Origin: Flavobacteriaceae bacterium
GTDB taxonomy: Bacteria; Bacteroidota; Bacteroidia; Flavobacteriales; Flavobacteriaceae
Assembly: GCA_038143595.1 (NCBI GenBank)
Contig: JAYQME010000002.1
Coordinates: 151,788 to 215,787 of the forward strand
Length of the DNA stretch: 64,000 nt
Reading direction: 5' to 3'
Below are positions 33,371-43,928 of the stretch, in pieces. The notes under the pieces are model-generated. The model did not search any database. It worked only from the letters and a program-made list of their open reading frames with translations, and had not been told where the DNA came from. Made by a program: the position numbers and the translations under genes. Position 1 is the first letter of the stretch. Each line of letters opens with the position of its first letter.

Positions 33371-36055
33371 TTATAAGTCCCCACAAATAGCATAGAAATA
33401 GTTGTCTTCTTTATAAAAGAAATCGTAATAATCCCCTCCGACCTCAGTAGCAGGTTTTAAATAGGTGCTTATTTCATAACCTGGAATGGAAGGATTTACT
33501 TTTGGTAATAAGCTGTTTTGTAAATTTTTAGCCTCGTTAAGTTCTTTTGATTTTCGCTCTCCTTCCAACCTTTCTTTCGTTTTCTTTTCTCTATACTTAA
33601 CAAAGGACCTAGATCCAAACACCAATAACAGTACATAGATAAAGTAAGCAAAATAGGTCCTATACCAGGGAGGTAGGATGGTGAGTGTATAACTCGCACC
33701 TTCCTCGTTCCATACCCCATCATTGTTTGAACCAAGAACCCTGAAAGTATAGGATCCTATGGGTAAGTTGGTATAACTGGCAAATCTTCTTGAGCCAGCC
33801 TCTATCCAATTTTCATCATAACCATCCATCTTATATTTATATTGGTTTTGACCCGTATTTCTAAAGTTAAAAGCTACATAATCAAACGACAGCGAATTAT
33901 TTTTAAATTCAATTTCATTGACTTCACTATTTGAAACAGCGTCAAGTTTAACATCTACTCCGCCAATAGTAATCTTTTGAATAATTACTTGGGGGGGGAC
34001 TGAATTTTCACTGATCGCTTTGGGATCAAAATAATTTATTCCCGCAAGACCACCCATGGCAATGTATCCATTGTGATCCATTGCTCCCGTTCCAGCATTA
34101 AATTCATAATCTTGAACTCCATCGATGGGGGTGTATTGTCTAAATTTTTTGGTGTTGGGATTATACTTAATTATACCCTGATTGGAAGCCATCCAAAAGT
34201 TGTTATCCTCGTCTTTAAACATATTGTATAAATACATATTGGGCAGACCATCATTGGAGGTAATAAACCCCATATCTTCTGTTTCTAGATCTATATAAAG
34301 AATCCCATTTCCGTAGGTTCCAAAATATAATTTACCCTCATGTAAAACCCCTGGAGCTTGATAAGAGTTAAGGTATTTTTTTAGCTTCTCTTTTTTATTT
34401 GGGATTAGGTCAACCACTTCATTTGACAATTCATCCCAAAAATAAATAGACCTATCTGAGATTATATACGTAGTCGTAGAATCAATTCTATGGAACCCTG
34501 TTGTTGGCTCACTAATCTTTCCAGTTAAAACAGTATATTCTTGATATTTCCCATTTCCATTCTTATCGACCATCCAACCCATTATTGGTCCAGGGAAAAC
34601 AACATCTCCAGAGTACGTCATATATGGATCAAAAAATCTATTGATTTGGTTTTGGTCTTTCTTAATGTCATTATATGCTCCTAGCCACCTAAATCTGTTT
34701 TCATTTTTCCTTTTAACTATAAGATCTTGACCTTTAAAAGCCCAGATAGACCCTATCTTATCTTTAAAAATAGTGTAGGTGGTAGCATCATCAATGTTTT
34801 TCTTGTCATACAGTTTAGTAGTTTTATTTTTTAAGTCAACCTTAACAATACCTCCGCCTGGTGCTCTAGATCCAGCCCAAATGTTTCCGTCATTGTCAAA
34901 CACTAAACCCCAGATAACATCAATTCCAAGCTCTCTATTTTTGGGTTTATCCTTTAGAAAAGGTTTGAATTTCCTTTTGTTTGGATCATACTTTAATACA
35001 CCTGCAAAATTTGAAGATATCCATATGTTTTCTTGATTATCCTTAATGATATTATTGAATGAATTACCTAATAAAGAGGAATTATCCTCCCTTAGCTTTG
35101 TCACTTTTTCGGTTTTCAAATGAATAATATCAATTCCTACATTATCCACATTAACCCAGATCTCTTCATTCGTTTTGTCATAATATAAATCTGAATTGCC
35201 TTCTGATATATCAAATACATCTGGTAATGCCTCAATAGATTGGTCTAGAATATTCGCTTTAACGACTCCTTTCTGAGTGGATAAGAAAAATTCGGAGTCA
35301 TTAATTCTTTCAAAATTACTAACCCAAAGCATCGACTCATTATCCTCCTCGGCAAAAATATCATCGGTATAAATCTCCTCCACGGTATTAAATATTCTTA
35401 TACCATTTCCCGTTGTCACTAAAATATTAACATCGTCAATCCAGCCAATTTCATTGATCATCTTAGGGGCTGCTTCTGGATCGAATCCTCTTACAAAATT
35501 AAAATCATCTACATAAAATTTTTGATCGCCCGTTTCTGAATCTATTCTTATCAAACCAAAGCCAAGCACGCCAACATAGGCATATCTGTCATCAGGAGAA
35601 ATGATTATCGTTCTTGGCTGAGGAAAGAAATTTAAATTTCTTCCGGCTGGAATATTCTGAATAGCATCTTTAAAAATAGGATCAAAATTATACCAAACCT
35701 GATTATACCTGTCATACTTAGACACATTACCTTGTTGATCTGTAGCCCAAATATTACCCTTTGAATCTTCGGTTATAGCATTTACCCACTCTAAATTTGT
35801 CGATAAAGGATCCGATATGATATTAGAAAAATTAGTGAATTCATAACCATCAAATCTATCTAAACCACTTTGAGACCCGATCCATATATAACCTAACTTA
35901 TCTTGATAAACATTATTAGAAGCATTCATAGCTGTACCCTGCTCAACCCCATACTTTTCGAATTCATAATTAGAATTGTCTACTAAATCTTGAGAGAATA
36001 AACCTAGAGTAGTTACTAAAAAAAACACCATAAACAGATAGTTGTTTTTTTTCAT
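33371..36055 (-). pseudogene. Beta-propeller/Y_Y_Y periplasmic sensor with a TM helix and a truncated SpoIIE/PP2C phosphatase
   Basis: Propeller repeats (QDKLGYIWIG, EDSKGNIW), Y_Y_Y domain (YKYKMDG, YTNLPIGSYTFRV), PPWY-TM and EVGGDYYD. It stops at AICGD before the expected xxGHG. The likely start is the ATG at 36055. Confidence 0.85.
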
Positions 36056-36180
36056 ATCAATATTATTTTTAGTTAAAGGTTTGTTGTTATTAGGATCATC
36101 ACAAAACTTTTGATTCATTAAGCTGCCCTCCTAATCATGAAATTAGGGGTCCATAGAATATTTTTGTATTTGAAGAAAAG

Positions 36181-36945
36181 TTATTCTCTCATTTGAATCA
36201 GCTTCATTAGTGCGGTATCGAAGCCTTTTCTGGAAGCCGTTCCCATTTCTCCTAATTTTCTAGAGATAAAGTCTTCTTTAAATTTATATTCTCCAGTCCC
36301 TACCGCATTAAATATGATATGTGTAAGATTTTGATAAGCATTATCTGACCTTTCAATAATTCGATTAAAATTCCAAGCCTTGTGTGCGCCTGTCAGTATC
36401 ATTTCTTCCCACATTGGGCGATAATAATGCATTTCAAAATCTTCATAATCTTCATTGAGTTGTTGGGCGGCAAACACCCCTATCTCATCTCCTACTTGAA
36501 GACGATTGGGTTTGGTATAGTAGATATTTTCTAATGTATAGGAGCGCGTATCCTTTCTTGCATCCATTAGGGTACTCATTTTTTTATCTAAACTCCTATT
36601 AGTCATTTTTCCTTTGTATACTTTTCTTGCATAACTACTAAAAGTGGTCATTGTATTGGCTTCCATTTGCACTCTATCCTTATAGACATTGATGATCATA
36701 TAATCGCCAACCCCCTTATCTTCAATCTCACTAAGATCGCCTCCTTTCATTCGCTTAAAAATATACCAACCCATTTTGTCTCCGTTAGCTACTGCCTCTC
36801 CCATAATGGGGGCAACAAATGCTTCTACAGCTTCATAATCGGCTTCTTTTCCCTCTTTTACTTGAACAATATCCATGACAATGATTTGCCCAAAACTCCA
36901 TAGTGAGAATAGGCACATACAAAAGGTAAATACGTGTTTTTTCAT
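36181..36945 (-). CDS. Secreted hypothetical protein with two similar alpha+beta barrel-like halves
   Basis: Signal peptide; repeated pattern DYEAVE...P...GDKMGW and DYEDFE...P...GAHKAW. Confidence 0.7.
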   Translation of the reverse strand: MKKHVFTFCMCLFSLWSFGQIIVMDIVQVKEGKEADYEAVEAFVAPIMGEAVANGDKMGWYIFKRMKGGDLSEIEDKGVGDYMIINVYKDRVQMEANTMTTFSSYARKVYKGKMTNRSLDKKMSTLMDARKDTRSYTLENIYYTKPNRLQVGDEIGVFAAQQLNEDYEDFEMHYYRPMWEEMILTGAHKAWNFNRIIERSDNAYQNLTHIIFNAVGTGEYKFKEDFISRKLGEMGTASRKGFDTALMKLIQMRE

Positions 36946-37125
36946 TTTAAATTGATTTATGGTTATCCTTAAATATAGTAATTTTTAGGTAATCTATTTT
37001 CCCATTTAATTGAAAATATCCTTTATCGTTCCCTCAATTACCCTATACTAAATCCATTTGCCTTCTGTTTTTTTTGGAAAAATAACTAACTTAGATCAAC
37101 TACAATACTTATATACCCGCTACTT

Positions 37126-40050
37126 ATGAAGAAAATCTTTTTATTGCTTAGTTTATGTTTTCTAATTTTTTCTTCTCTAAATAGTTGCTCTAAAGAAGTG
37201 GCTGGAGTAGATCCCCATCTATTAGATGACCCACAACTAAGTGTGGGCAAGTGGAAGATTAAAAAACGTAAGGTTGGGAATTCTATAGGTAAAGGGAATG
37301 AAGGTTGTGAGATTTCAGAAATCATCTTCCGCTCAGACGGAGTGTTTAAAATATATTTTGGAAACACCTTTATTGAAGGGAATTTTGAAATCACCAATGA
37401 AACAACCATATCGTTAACCCAAGAATCCTCGGAAGCTGGACAAATGACTAATGTCGTGATTACAGATGGTAATATCAGCTTCTCTATTCAGTTAATCGAT
37501 ATCTGCAGTGACACCCTAGAAGGAGAAAAAGACGAAACCTATAATGAAAGCCTTAGCTTTATTCCTGATGATGAATTTGAACAAGGACTCATAGATTTAG
37601 GGATAGATGATGTATTGGATGATTACGTCCCTACTTCGGCTATCGAAGGGATCACAGAAATAAATTTAAGTGGTCTTGGGATTCAAAACTTAGCAGGAAT
37701 TGAGGATTTTAAAGCCCTGGAAGTTTTGATTGCTTATGATAATGAAATTGAGAATTTTAATGTAAGTACCTTAACGAATCTTACCGAGATTGATTTACAC
37801 AACAATCGCTTAGCCGGACAAATAGATTTATCGAATATGACGAGCTTAGAATTTGTTAATCTGGCTTGTAATAATGGTTGTAGTTCAAATAATGCTGAAG
37901 GTGAAGGTATTGAAGGATTAAATATAACGGGGAGTAATCACCTAATTCGCTTAAACATTGCCTCTAATAACATAGGCTTTTTAGATTTAGGAGAGAAAAC
38001 TAACCTAGAAGAACTCAATATCAACGAAAATACATTTACAGACTTATTTATTGCTAATAATACTGCTTTAAACTGGCTAAATGCCTCTGGCAACCCTAAT
38101 CTTCTCTGTATTCTTGCTAACACAGAACAAATAAATCGACCCCTAGATTGCGAAAACTCTCCTAGTGACCAAAGCTTTTGGTGTTATGATCCGATTATTT
38201 CTGTTTTAACCACTGACTGTGAGGAATATGTAAGTGCCCGCGTAGACATCCCCGATCCTAACTTTGAACAAGGACTAATCGATCGAGGGATCGATGATGT
38301 ATTGGACGGAACTGTCTTATTATCTAGTGCGTTAAGAACTACTGAATTAGAGCTTTCGGCAAGAGGAATCGAGGATATTTCTGGTATTTCAGCCTTTGGG
38401 AACTTACGTTTTTTAGATTTTCATGGTAATTCTCTCACCTTTATACCCGAACTACCCGCAGGAATCGTAGACTTGCGTATCGCTGAAAATTGTTATTCAA
38501 CCCTAGACGTAAGTAATCTCGTTGGGTTAAGAACGCTTCATGTGGGGAGCTGTTTGGCGTCTTTAGACATCTCTATGTTGACCTCACTAGAAGAATTTGA
38601 TGTATTCTCTGGATCTCCGGCATTGGCTTGTGTGCGTGTAAATGAATCACAGCTAAATAAACCAATACAGTGTGAGCTACCCAACGATTATGTGTGGTGC
38701 TATGATCCATATTTCACCGTCTTTACTACCGAAGATTGTGATACCTACTTAAATGCAAAAACTTATTTGCCAGACGACGCCTTTGAAGCGTATCTTATTG
38801 AGAGAGGAGTAGATGATTTGATGGATGACTATGTGTTCACACATCAAATAAAAAAGGTAATAAATTTAGATTTGAATGACCGTGGAATTCAAAGTTTAGA
38901 GGGAATAGAAGATTTCCCAAACCTTAGATTTCTAAATGTACAAAATAATGAAATTACAGGTATTGTTAATCTAAATGAAAATCCTTTATTAGAGTAGATT
39001 GATGTAGCAAGGAATCCAATTAACGAACTCATCTTATCAGATCATCCAAACCTTGTCCAAATTTATGCGTACGCAACCTATAGTATTGAAGTACTTGAAA
39101 TTGGTAATTCCCCTTTACTCTCTGGGTTAACTATCCATGATGCGTTTATCTCTGAGATTAATCTTTCTAGTTTTCCTTTACTAGAATCATTTAGAGCGTG
39201 GAACAACAACTTTACCACGGTTGATTTTAGTCAAAACCCAGCGCTTAGAGAAATATGGGTTGATGGTTTAGAAATGTCTTCATTGGACCTATCTAACAAC
39301 CCTTTATTAACGCATCTTACTTTAGGGTCTAGAAGTCTTTCAAGTCTTGATTTAACCCAGGCTCCTTTATTAGAATTGTTATCAGTTTTTGGAAGTTCAA
39401 TAACAAATATTGACCTGTCTAACAACACCAACCTTCGGGAGCTAGACCTCAACACTAATCAGCTCTCTAGTTTAGATATTTCTATGCTAAATTCATTGAT
39501 TAGACTGAATATTAACGGAAATATTCCGCCCTTTAATCTCATCCCCCCACCTCCCAGCAATGAGCTTCTTTCATTAGATATTGCAGGCTTAAATTTATCC
39601 TCATTTAATTTTGGGGACTACCCCAGGCTAGACTATATATTTGCTTCTGATAATCGTTTCAGCGCGGTCGATCTTACCAGCTTAGATCGTCTAAATTATT
39701 TAAACCTAGAAAACAATCAAGTGCTGTCTAGTCTTCTCCTTAATGAAAATGCTCCTTTAACGCATATTTCTGTTTATGGTAATCAAATAACGACATTAGA
39801 CGTAACTCCCTTTTCTGACTTGCGTGTACTGCTGCTAGATAATAATCAACTGAGCGCGTTAGACATATCAACCATAGCACAATTAAACTTTTTTACTACA
39901 ATTAATAATCCTTTATTAGCGTGTATTATAGTTAACCAAAATCAATTAGACAATCCGTTGGATTGTAATGATGATGAAGTAAATTCCTTTGAGGAGATTA
40001 GAAAATGGTGTATCGATTCTAATCAATATTATACCCTAAGTTGTGACTAA
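37126..40050 (+). CDS. Leucine-rich-repeat lipoprotein with three capped LRR modules, interrupted by an in-frame TAG at 38995-38997
   Basis: Lipobox LNSC and LxxLxxxxN repeats. ORFs 37126 and 39274 share a frame and the intervening sequence is open and LRR-like. Confidence 0.85.
37576..38306 (+). repeat. Imperfect direct repeat (37576-37619 and 38263-38306) encoding LRR N-caps
   Basis: tttgaacaaggactcatagatttagggatagatgatgtattgga versus tttgaacaaggactaatcgatcgagggatcgatgatgtattgga. Confidence 0.8.
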
Positions 40051-40167
40051 TTTAGCCTTATGATTATTATTTTTTGACGTTAAATCATTCATTTTTAGCG
40101 ACTGAAGCAACACTGAAGTTTTGATTGATGGAAAATATTTCTTAAATTTAGTTAAATCATTAACCCT

Positions 40168-40353
40168 ATGAATGAAGTAGTAATTGTTATAATCGCCATT
40201 GTTGGGCTCATCGTAGCCGTTATTGCCTATGGAGTAATCAGTACTTCTATGGGCTATGAAGAAGATGTAAATCAGAATTACATTCCCGATCGTTTAGAAC
40301 GTATGTTTGGTGTAGACCCTGAAAAAGACGCCCAGAAAAAAGACAAAAAGTAA
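40168..40353 (+). CDS. Small single-TM hypothetical protein
   Basis: 61 aa with an N-terminal TM helix and DVNQNYIPD; has its own promoter-like TTTG-N19-TAAATTTA. Confidence 0.7.
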   Translation: MNEVVIVIIAIVGLIVAVIAYGVISTSMGYEEDVNQNYIPDRLERMFGVDPEKDAQKKDKK

Positions 40354-40410
40354 ACAATTCTTTTTTTACACTTTTTTGATTTACCATTCCTCAAGGTCTC
40401 CAAAAGTTTG

Positions 40411-40473
40411 TTTGGATAATCAGTCATTAAACATTAGCTTTATGCCGATAATTTAATTGAAGTTCAATTAAAT
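40411..40473 (+). promoter_or_regulatory. Promoter and palindromic operator upstream of the thiolase gene
   Basis: TTTG (40411-40414), N20, TAGCTTTA (40435-40442), then the perfect palindrome ATTTAATTGAA-G-TTCAATTAAAT (40451-40473). Confidence 0.7.
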
Positions 40474-40507
40474 AAAAAAAGAAAAAAGTTTAATCAATAC
40501 TATTTCG

Positions 40508-41710
40508 ATGGAAGCATATATCTATGACGCTATTCGTACAGTTCGAGGAAAAGGAAACAAAAAAGGCGCTTTAATAGGCGTTACTCCTACCGAACTCGCA
40601 CGCCAAACTCTTACTGAATTACAACATAAACATCAATTAGACACCCAATTAGTTAATGATGTGATCTTAGGTTGTGTAGGCCAAGTTATGGATCAAGGAG
40701 CCAATATTGCTAAATCTGCTGCCCAAGCTTCTGGTTATGGGGATCATTTATGTGGGGTTACCCTAAACCGTTTTTGTGGATCTGGATTAGAATCTATGAA
40801 TCAGGCGGCTGCTTACATTAAATCTGGGTATCGTGATTTAATTGTAGCTGGGGGGGTAGAGAGCATGTCTCGAGTGGCCATGGGGTCTGATGGAGCAGGT
40901 ATGTTTATTGATCCAACCCTAGCCATTCCTGGAAACTTAGTTCCTCAAGGCATCTCTGCAGATTTAATTGCCTCTAAATACGGTTATACCCGAGCAGCTA
41001 CAGACGAATTTGCCGCTGAATCTCAGCGACGTGCTGCCGAGGCAGATGCCAAAGGATATTTTAAATCTCGTATTCCTATCAAAGATCCTAATGGAAGCTT
41101 GCTATTAACCAAGGATGAAAACATTCGTCCAGGAACTACAGCAGCCTCTTTAGCTGGACTTCAACCTGCCTTCCAAATGATGGGTGCAATGGCTGGGTTC
41201 GACGAGGTGGCACTAGATAAATATCCAGAAGTAGAAACCATGCATCATGTGCACCACGCGGGTAATTCCTCGGCCATCGTTGATGGAGCTGCTATTTCTT
41301 TAATCGGAAACAAAGAAGAAGGTGACAAAATGGGCTTGAAACCAAGATTTAAGATTAGAACAGCAGCGATTGATGGTACCGACCCTACCATAATGCTTAC
41401 TGGACCAGCTCCTGCCACACGAAAAGCACTGAAGCAAGCAGGAATGAACATTGGTGATATTGATTTAATAGAAGTAAATGAAGCCTTTTCTGCCATCCCT
41501 ATGCTGTTTATGGAGGAAATGGGGATTGGAAACGACAATGTAAACGTAAATGGTGGAGCCATTGCCATGGGACACCCACTGGGAGCCACAGGCTGTATGC
41601 TAGCAGGCACCTTAATGGATGAACTAGAACGTCGTGACCTAAACACTGGTCTTGTAACTTTATGTATCGCGGGAGGAATGGGAATTGCTTCCATTATCGA
41701 GCGTGTTTAA
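40508..41710 (+). CDS. fadA: Acetyl-CoA C-acyltransferase (thiolase)
   Basis: NRFCGSG, NEAF, GHPLGATG and CIAGGMG motifs. Confidence 0.92.
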   Translation: MEAYIYDAIRTVRGKGNKKGALIGVTPTELARQTLTELQHKHQLDTQLVNDVILGCVGQVMDQGANIAKSAAQASGYGDHLCGVTLNRFCGSGLESMNQAAAYIKSGYRDLIVAGGVESMSRVAMGSDGAGMFIDPTLAIPGNLVPQGISADLIASKYGYTRAATDEFAAESQRRAAEADAKGYFKSRIPIKDPNGSLLLTKDENIRPGTTAASLAGLQPAFQMMGAMAGFDEVALDKYPEVETMHHVHHAGNSSAIVDGAAISLIGNKEEGDKMGLKPRFKIRTAAIDGTDPTIMLTGPAPATRKALKQAGMNIGDIDLIEVNEAFSAIPMLFMEEMGIGNDNVNVNGGAIAMGHPLGATGCMLAGTLMDELERRDLNTGLVTLCIAGGMGIASIIERV

Positions 41711-41730
41711 TCTTAAGATTTTAAAATAAA

Positions 41731-43881
41731 ATGGAAAATATTCAAGATAAATTATTGTCGTTTAATGTAGATCAGGACGGCATAGGAACCTTGGTCATTA
41801 ATCAAGTAGAAAATTCCGCTAACTTATTTTCAGAAGCGTTTATCAAACGTTACCTAGAAGTTGCCCATCAGGCCATTGCAGATGATACGGTAAAGGGTGT
41901 AATTGTCACCTCCGGAAAACCGATCTTTATGGCAGGAGCAGACTTACGTTCACTCTTGCAGGAGATTCCAGATAAAACTGCCTTTACACAAAGCATCCTA
42001 GACCTTCACCAAGGAATGCGAGCGATTGAAACAGGAGGAAAGCCCTTTGTTGCAGCCATTAATGGTACTGCTTTAGGAGGAGGATTAGAGCTTTGTTTAT
42101 CCTGTCATCATAGAATTGCAATCAACTCTACCAAAATTAAAATTGGTTTCCCAGAGATTAAAGTAGGCCTTTTCCCAGGAGGGGGCGGAACCGTAAAAGC
42201 GCCTTATTTACTCGGCATTCAGACAGCCTTAATGTATTTACTTCAAGGGATAGAAGCACGTCCTCAAAAAGCACTTAAAGACGGTTTAATTGATGCTGTA
42301 GCAGAAACTGAAGAAGAAATGCACGCTGCAGCCAAAGAATTTATATTGTCGACGCCTAATCCAGTTCAGCCTTGGGACAACAAAAAACACAGAATCCCTG
42401 GAGGAAATATCTGGACACCCAATGGAGTTCAAACCATGGTGGGTGCCTCTGGTAATGTGGGTAAATTAACTCATGGTAATTACCCTTCCGCACAAAAGAT
42501 CATTAAAGTTATCCACGATGGAATTCAGATTCCCGTAGATAGAGCGCTAGAAATTGAAGCTCGAAACTTTACAGCAGCGGCCTCAACTCCAGAAGCTAAG
42601 AACATGATTAGAACCGGATTTTTTGCCATACAAGATGCGGCAAAAGGGAAAGCTCGCCCAAAAGACCAACCCAAGTATGAAGTAAATAAATTGGGCGTTT
42701 TAGGTGCCGGGATGATGGGTGCAGGAATTGCTTATGTGTCTGCAAAAGCAGGAATGGATGTAGTGTTAAAAGATGTAAGTATGGAAGGAGCCGAAAAAGG
42801 AAAAGCCTACTCCACCATGCTTTTAGATAAAGCCATTGCTAAAAAGCGCTCTACACCAGAAAAAAAAGAAGCGCTTTTATCTAAAATAACCCCCACAGAC
42901 GATCCGAATGCGGTTGCGGGAAGTGACTTAATCATCGAAGCTGTTTTTGAAAATGTAGAATTAAAAGATAAAGTAACCAAGCAAACGGAAGCAGTTCTTG
43001 GGGAAGAAAAGATTTATGGATCAAATACTTCTACTATTCCAATCAGTTTGTTAGCCAAATCCTCTGCTCGCCCAGAAAACTTTATTGGAATTCACTTTTT
43101 CTCTCCAGTAGACAAGATGCCCTTGGTGGAAATTATCGTAGGAGACAAAACAGAAGATAAAGCCATTGCTGCTGCAGTAGATTATACGGTAGCCATTAAA
43201 AAAGTACCTATTGTTGTTAATGATAGCCGCGGATTCTTTACCTCTAGATGTTTCGGTACTTATGTATCCGAAGGAATGTTCTTGTTAGAAGAAGGAGTGC
43301 CTGCGCCTATGATTGAACGTGTTGCTACAAAAATTGGTTTACCCGTTGGACCTTTAGCTGTACATGATGAAGTTTCATTAACGCTCTCCGTACATATTTT
43401 TGAGAGTGACCCGGCAGAGAAAAGTGCAAGCGAAAAACGCTCTTACGCTATGGTTAAGAACTTGGTCGAAAATCATCAGCGAACCGGGAAAAGAGACGGA
43501 GCTGGTTTTTATGATTATCCCAAAGGAGGACAAAAGAAACTATGGCCAGGACTTAAGGAAATTTATACGCCAAAACTAGACGCTGTATCTGAAGAAGATG
43601 TAAAAAAGAGAATGCTTCACCGTCAAGTACTAGAGAGTTATCGCTGTTTAGATGAAGGTGTTTTACGCTCAACTAAAGACGGAGATATAGGATCCATTCT
43701 TGGATGGGGATTCCCTATTTTCACAGGAGGAGCACTTTCTTACATTGACTACGTAGGCATGAATAATTTTATCGCAGATTGTGATGCCTTTAGAAAAGAA
43801 CATGGAGATCATTGGGAAATACCGCAAAGTTTAAGGGATTTAGCTGCTGCAGGGAAATCCATTCATGACTTTGGGAAATAG
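41731..43881 (+). CDS. fadB: Multifunctional enoyl-CoA hydratase / 3-hydroxyacyl-CoA dehydrogenase (FadB/FadJ-like)
   Basis: AGADL, ALGGGLEL and PEIKVGL hydratase motifs; GAGMMG, EAVFE, SNTST and HFFSP dehydrogenase motifs. Confidence 0.9.
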   Translation: MENIQDKLLSFNVDQDGIGTLVINQVENSANLFSEAFIKRYLEVAHQAIADDTVKGVIVTSGKPIFMAGADLRSLLQEIPDKTAFTQSILDLHQGMRAIETGGKPFVAAINGTALGGGLELCLSCHHRIAINSTKIKIGFPEIKVGLFPGGGGTVKAPYLLGIQTALMYLLQGIEARPQKALKDGLIDAVAETEEEMHAAAKEFILSTPNPVQPWDNKKHRIPGGNIWTPNGVQTMVGASGNVGKLTHGNYPSAQKIIKVIHDGIQIPVDRALEIEARNFTAAASTPEAKNMIRTGFFAIQDAAKGKARPKDQPKYEVNKLGVLGAGMMGAGIAYVSAKAGMDVVLKDVSMEGAEKGKAYSTMLLDKAIAKKRSTPEKKEALLSKITPTDDPNAVAGSDLIIEAVFENVELKDKVTKQTEAVLGEEKIYGSNTSTIPISLLAKSSARPENFIGIHFFSPVDKMPLVEIIVGDKTEDKAIAAAVDYTVAIKKVPIVVNDSRGFFTSRCFGTYVSEGMFLLEEGVPAPMIERVATKIGLPVGPLAVHDEVSLTLSVHIFESDPAEKSASEKRSYAMVKNLVENHQRTGKRDGAGFYDYPKGGQKKLWPGLKEIYTPKLDAVSEEDVKKRMLHRQVLESYRCLDEGVLRSTKDGDIGSILGWGFPIFTGGALSYIDYVGMNNFIADCDAFRKEHGDHWEIPQSLRDLAAAGKSIHDFGK

Positions 43882-43900
43882 TTTAACGAATGTTATGCAT

Positions 43901-43928
43901 AAAAAAAGCGCCAATTGGCGCTTTTTTT
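43901..43928. terminator. Bidirectional intrinsic terminator
   Basis: AAAAAAAGCGCCAATTGGCGCTTTTTTT between the convergent fadB and tetR genes. Confidence 0.88.

Noticed and set aside
37004-37014. ATTTAATTGAA, identical to one half of the fad palindrome
   Set aside because: Only a half-site is present in very AT-rich DNA, so chance is plausible.
41245-41694. 149-aa antisense ORF within the thiolase gene, and similar short antisense ORFs across the window
   Set aside because: These are codon-bias shadows of conserved genes with no independent motifs.
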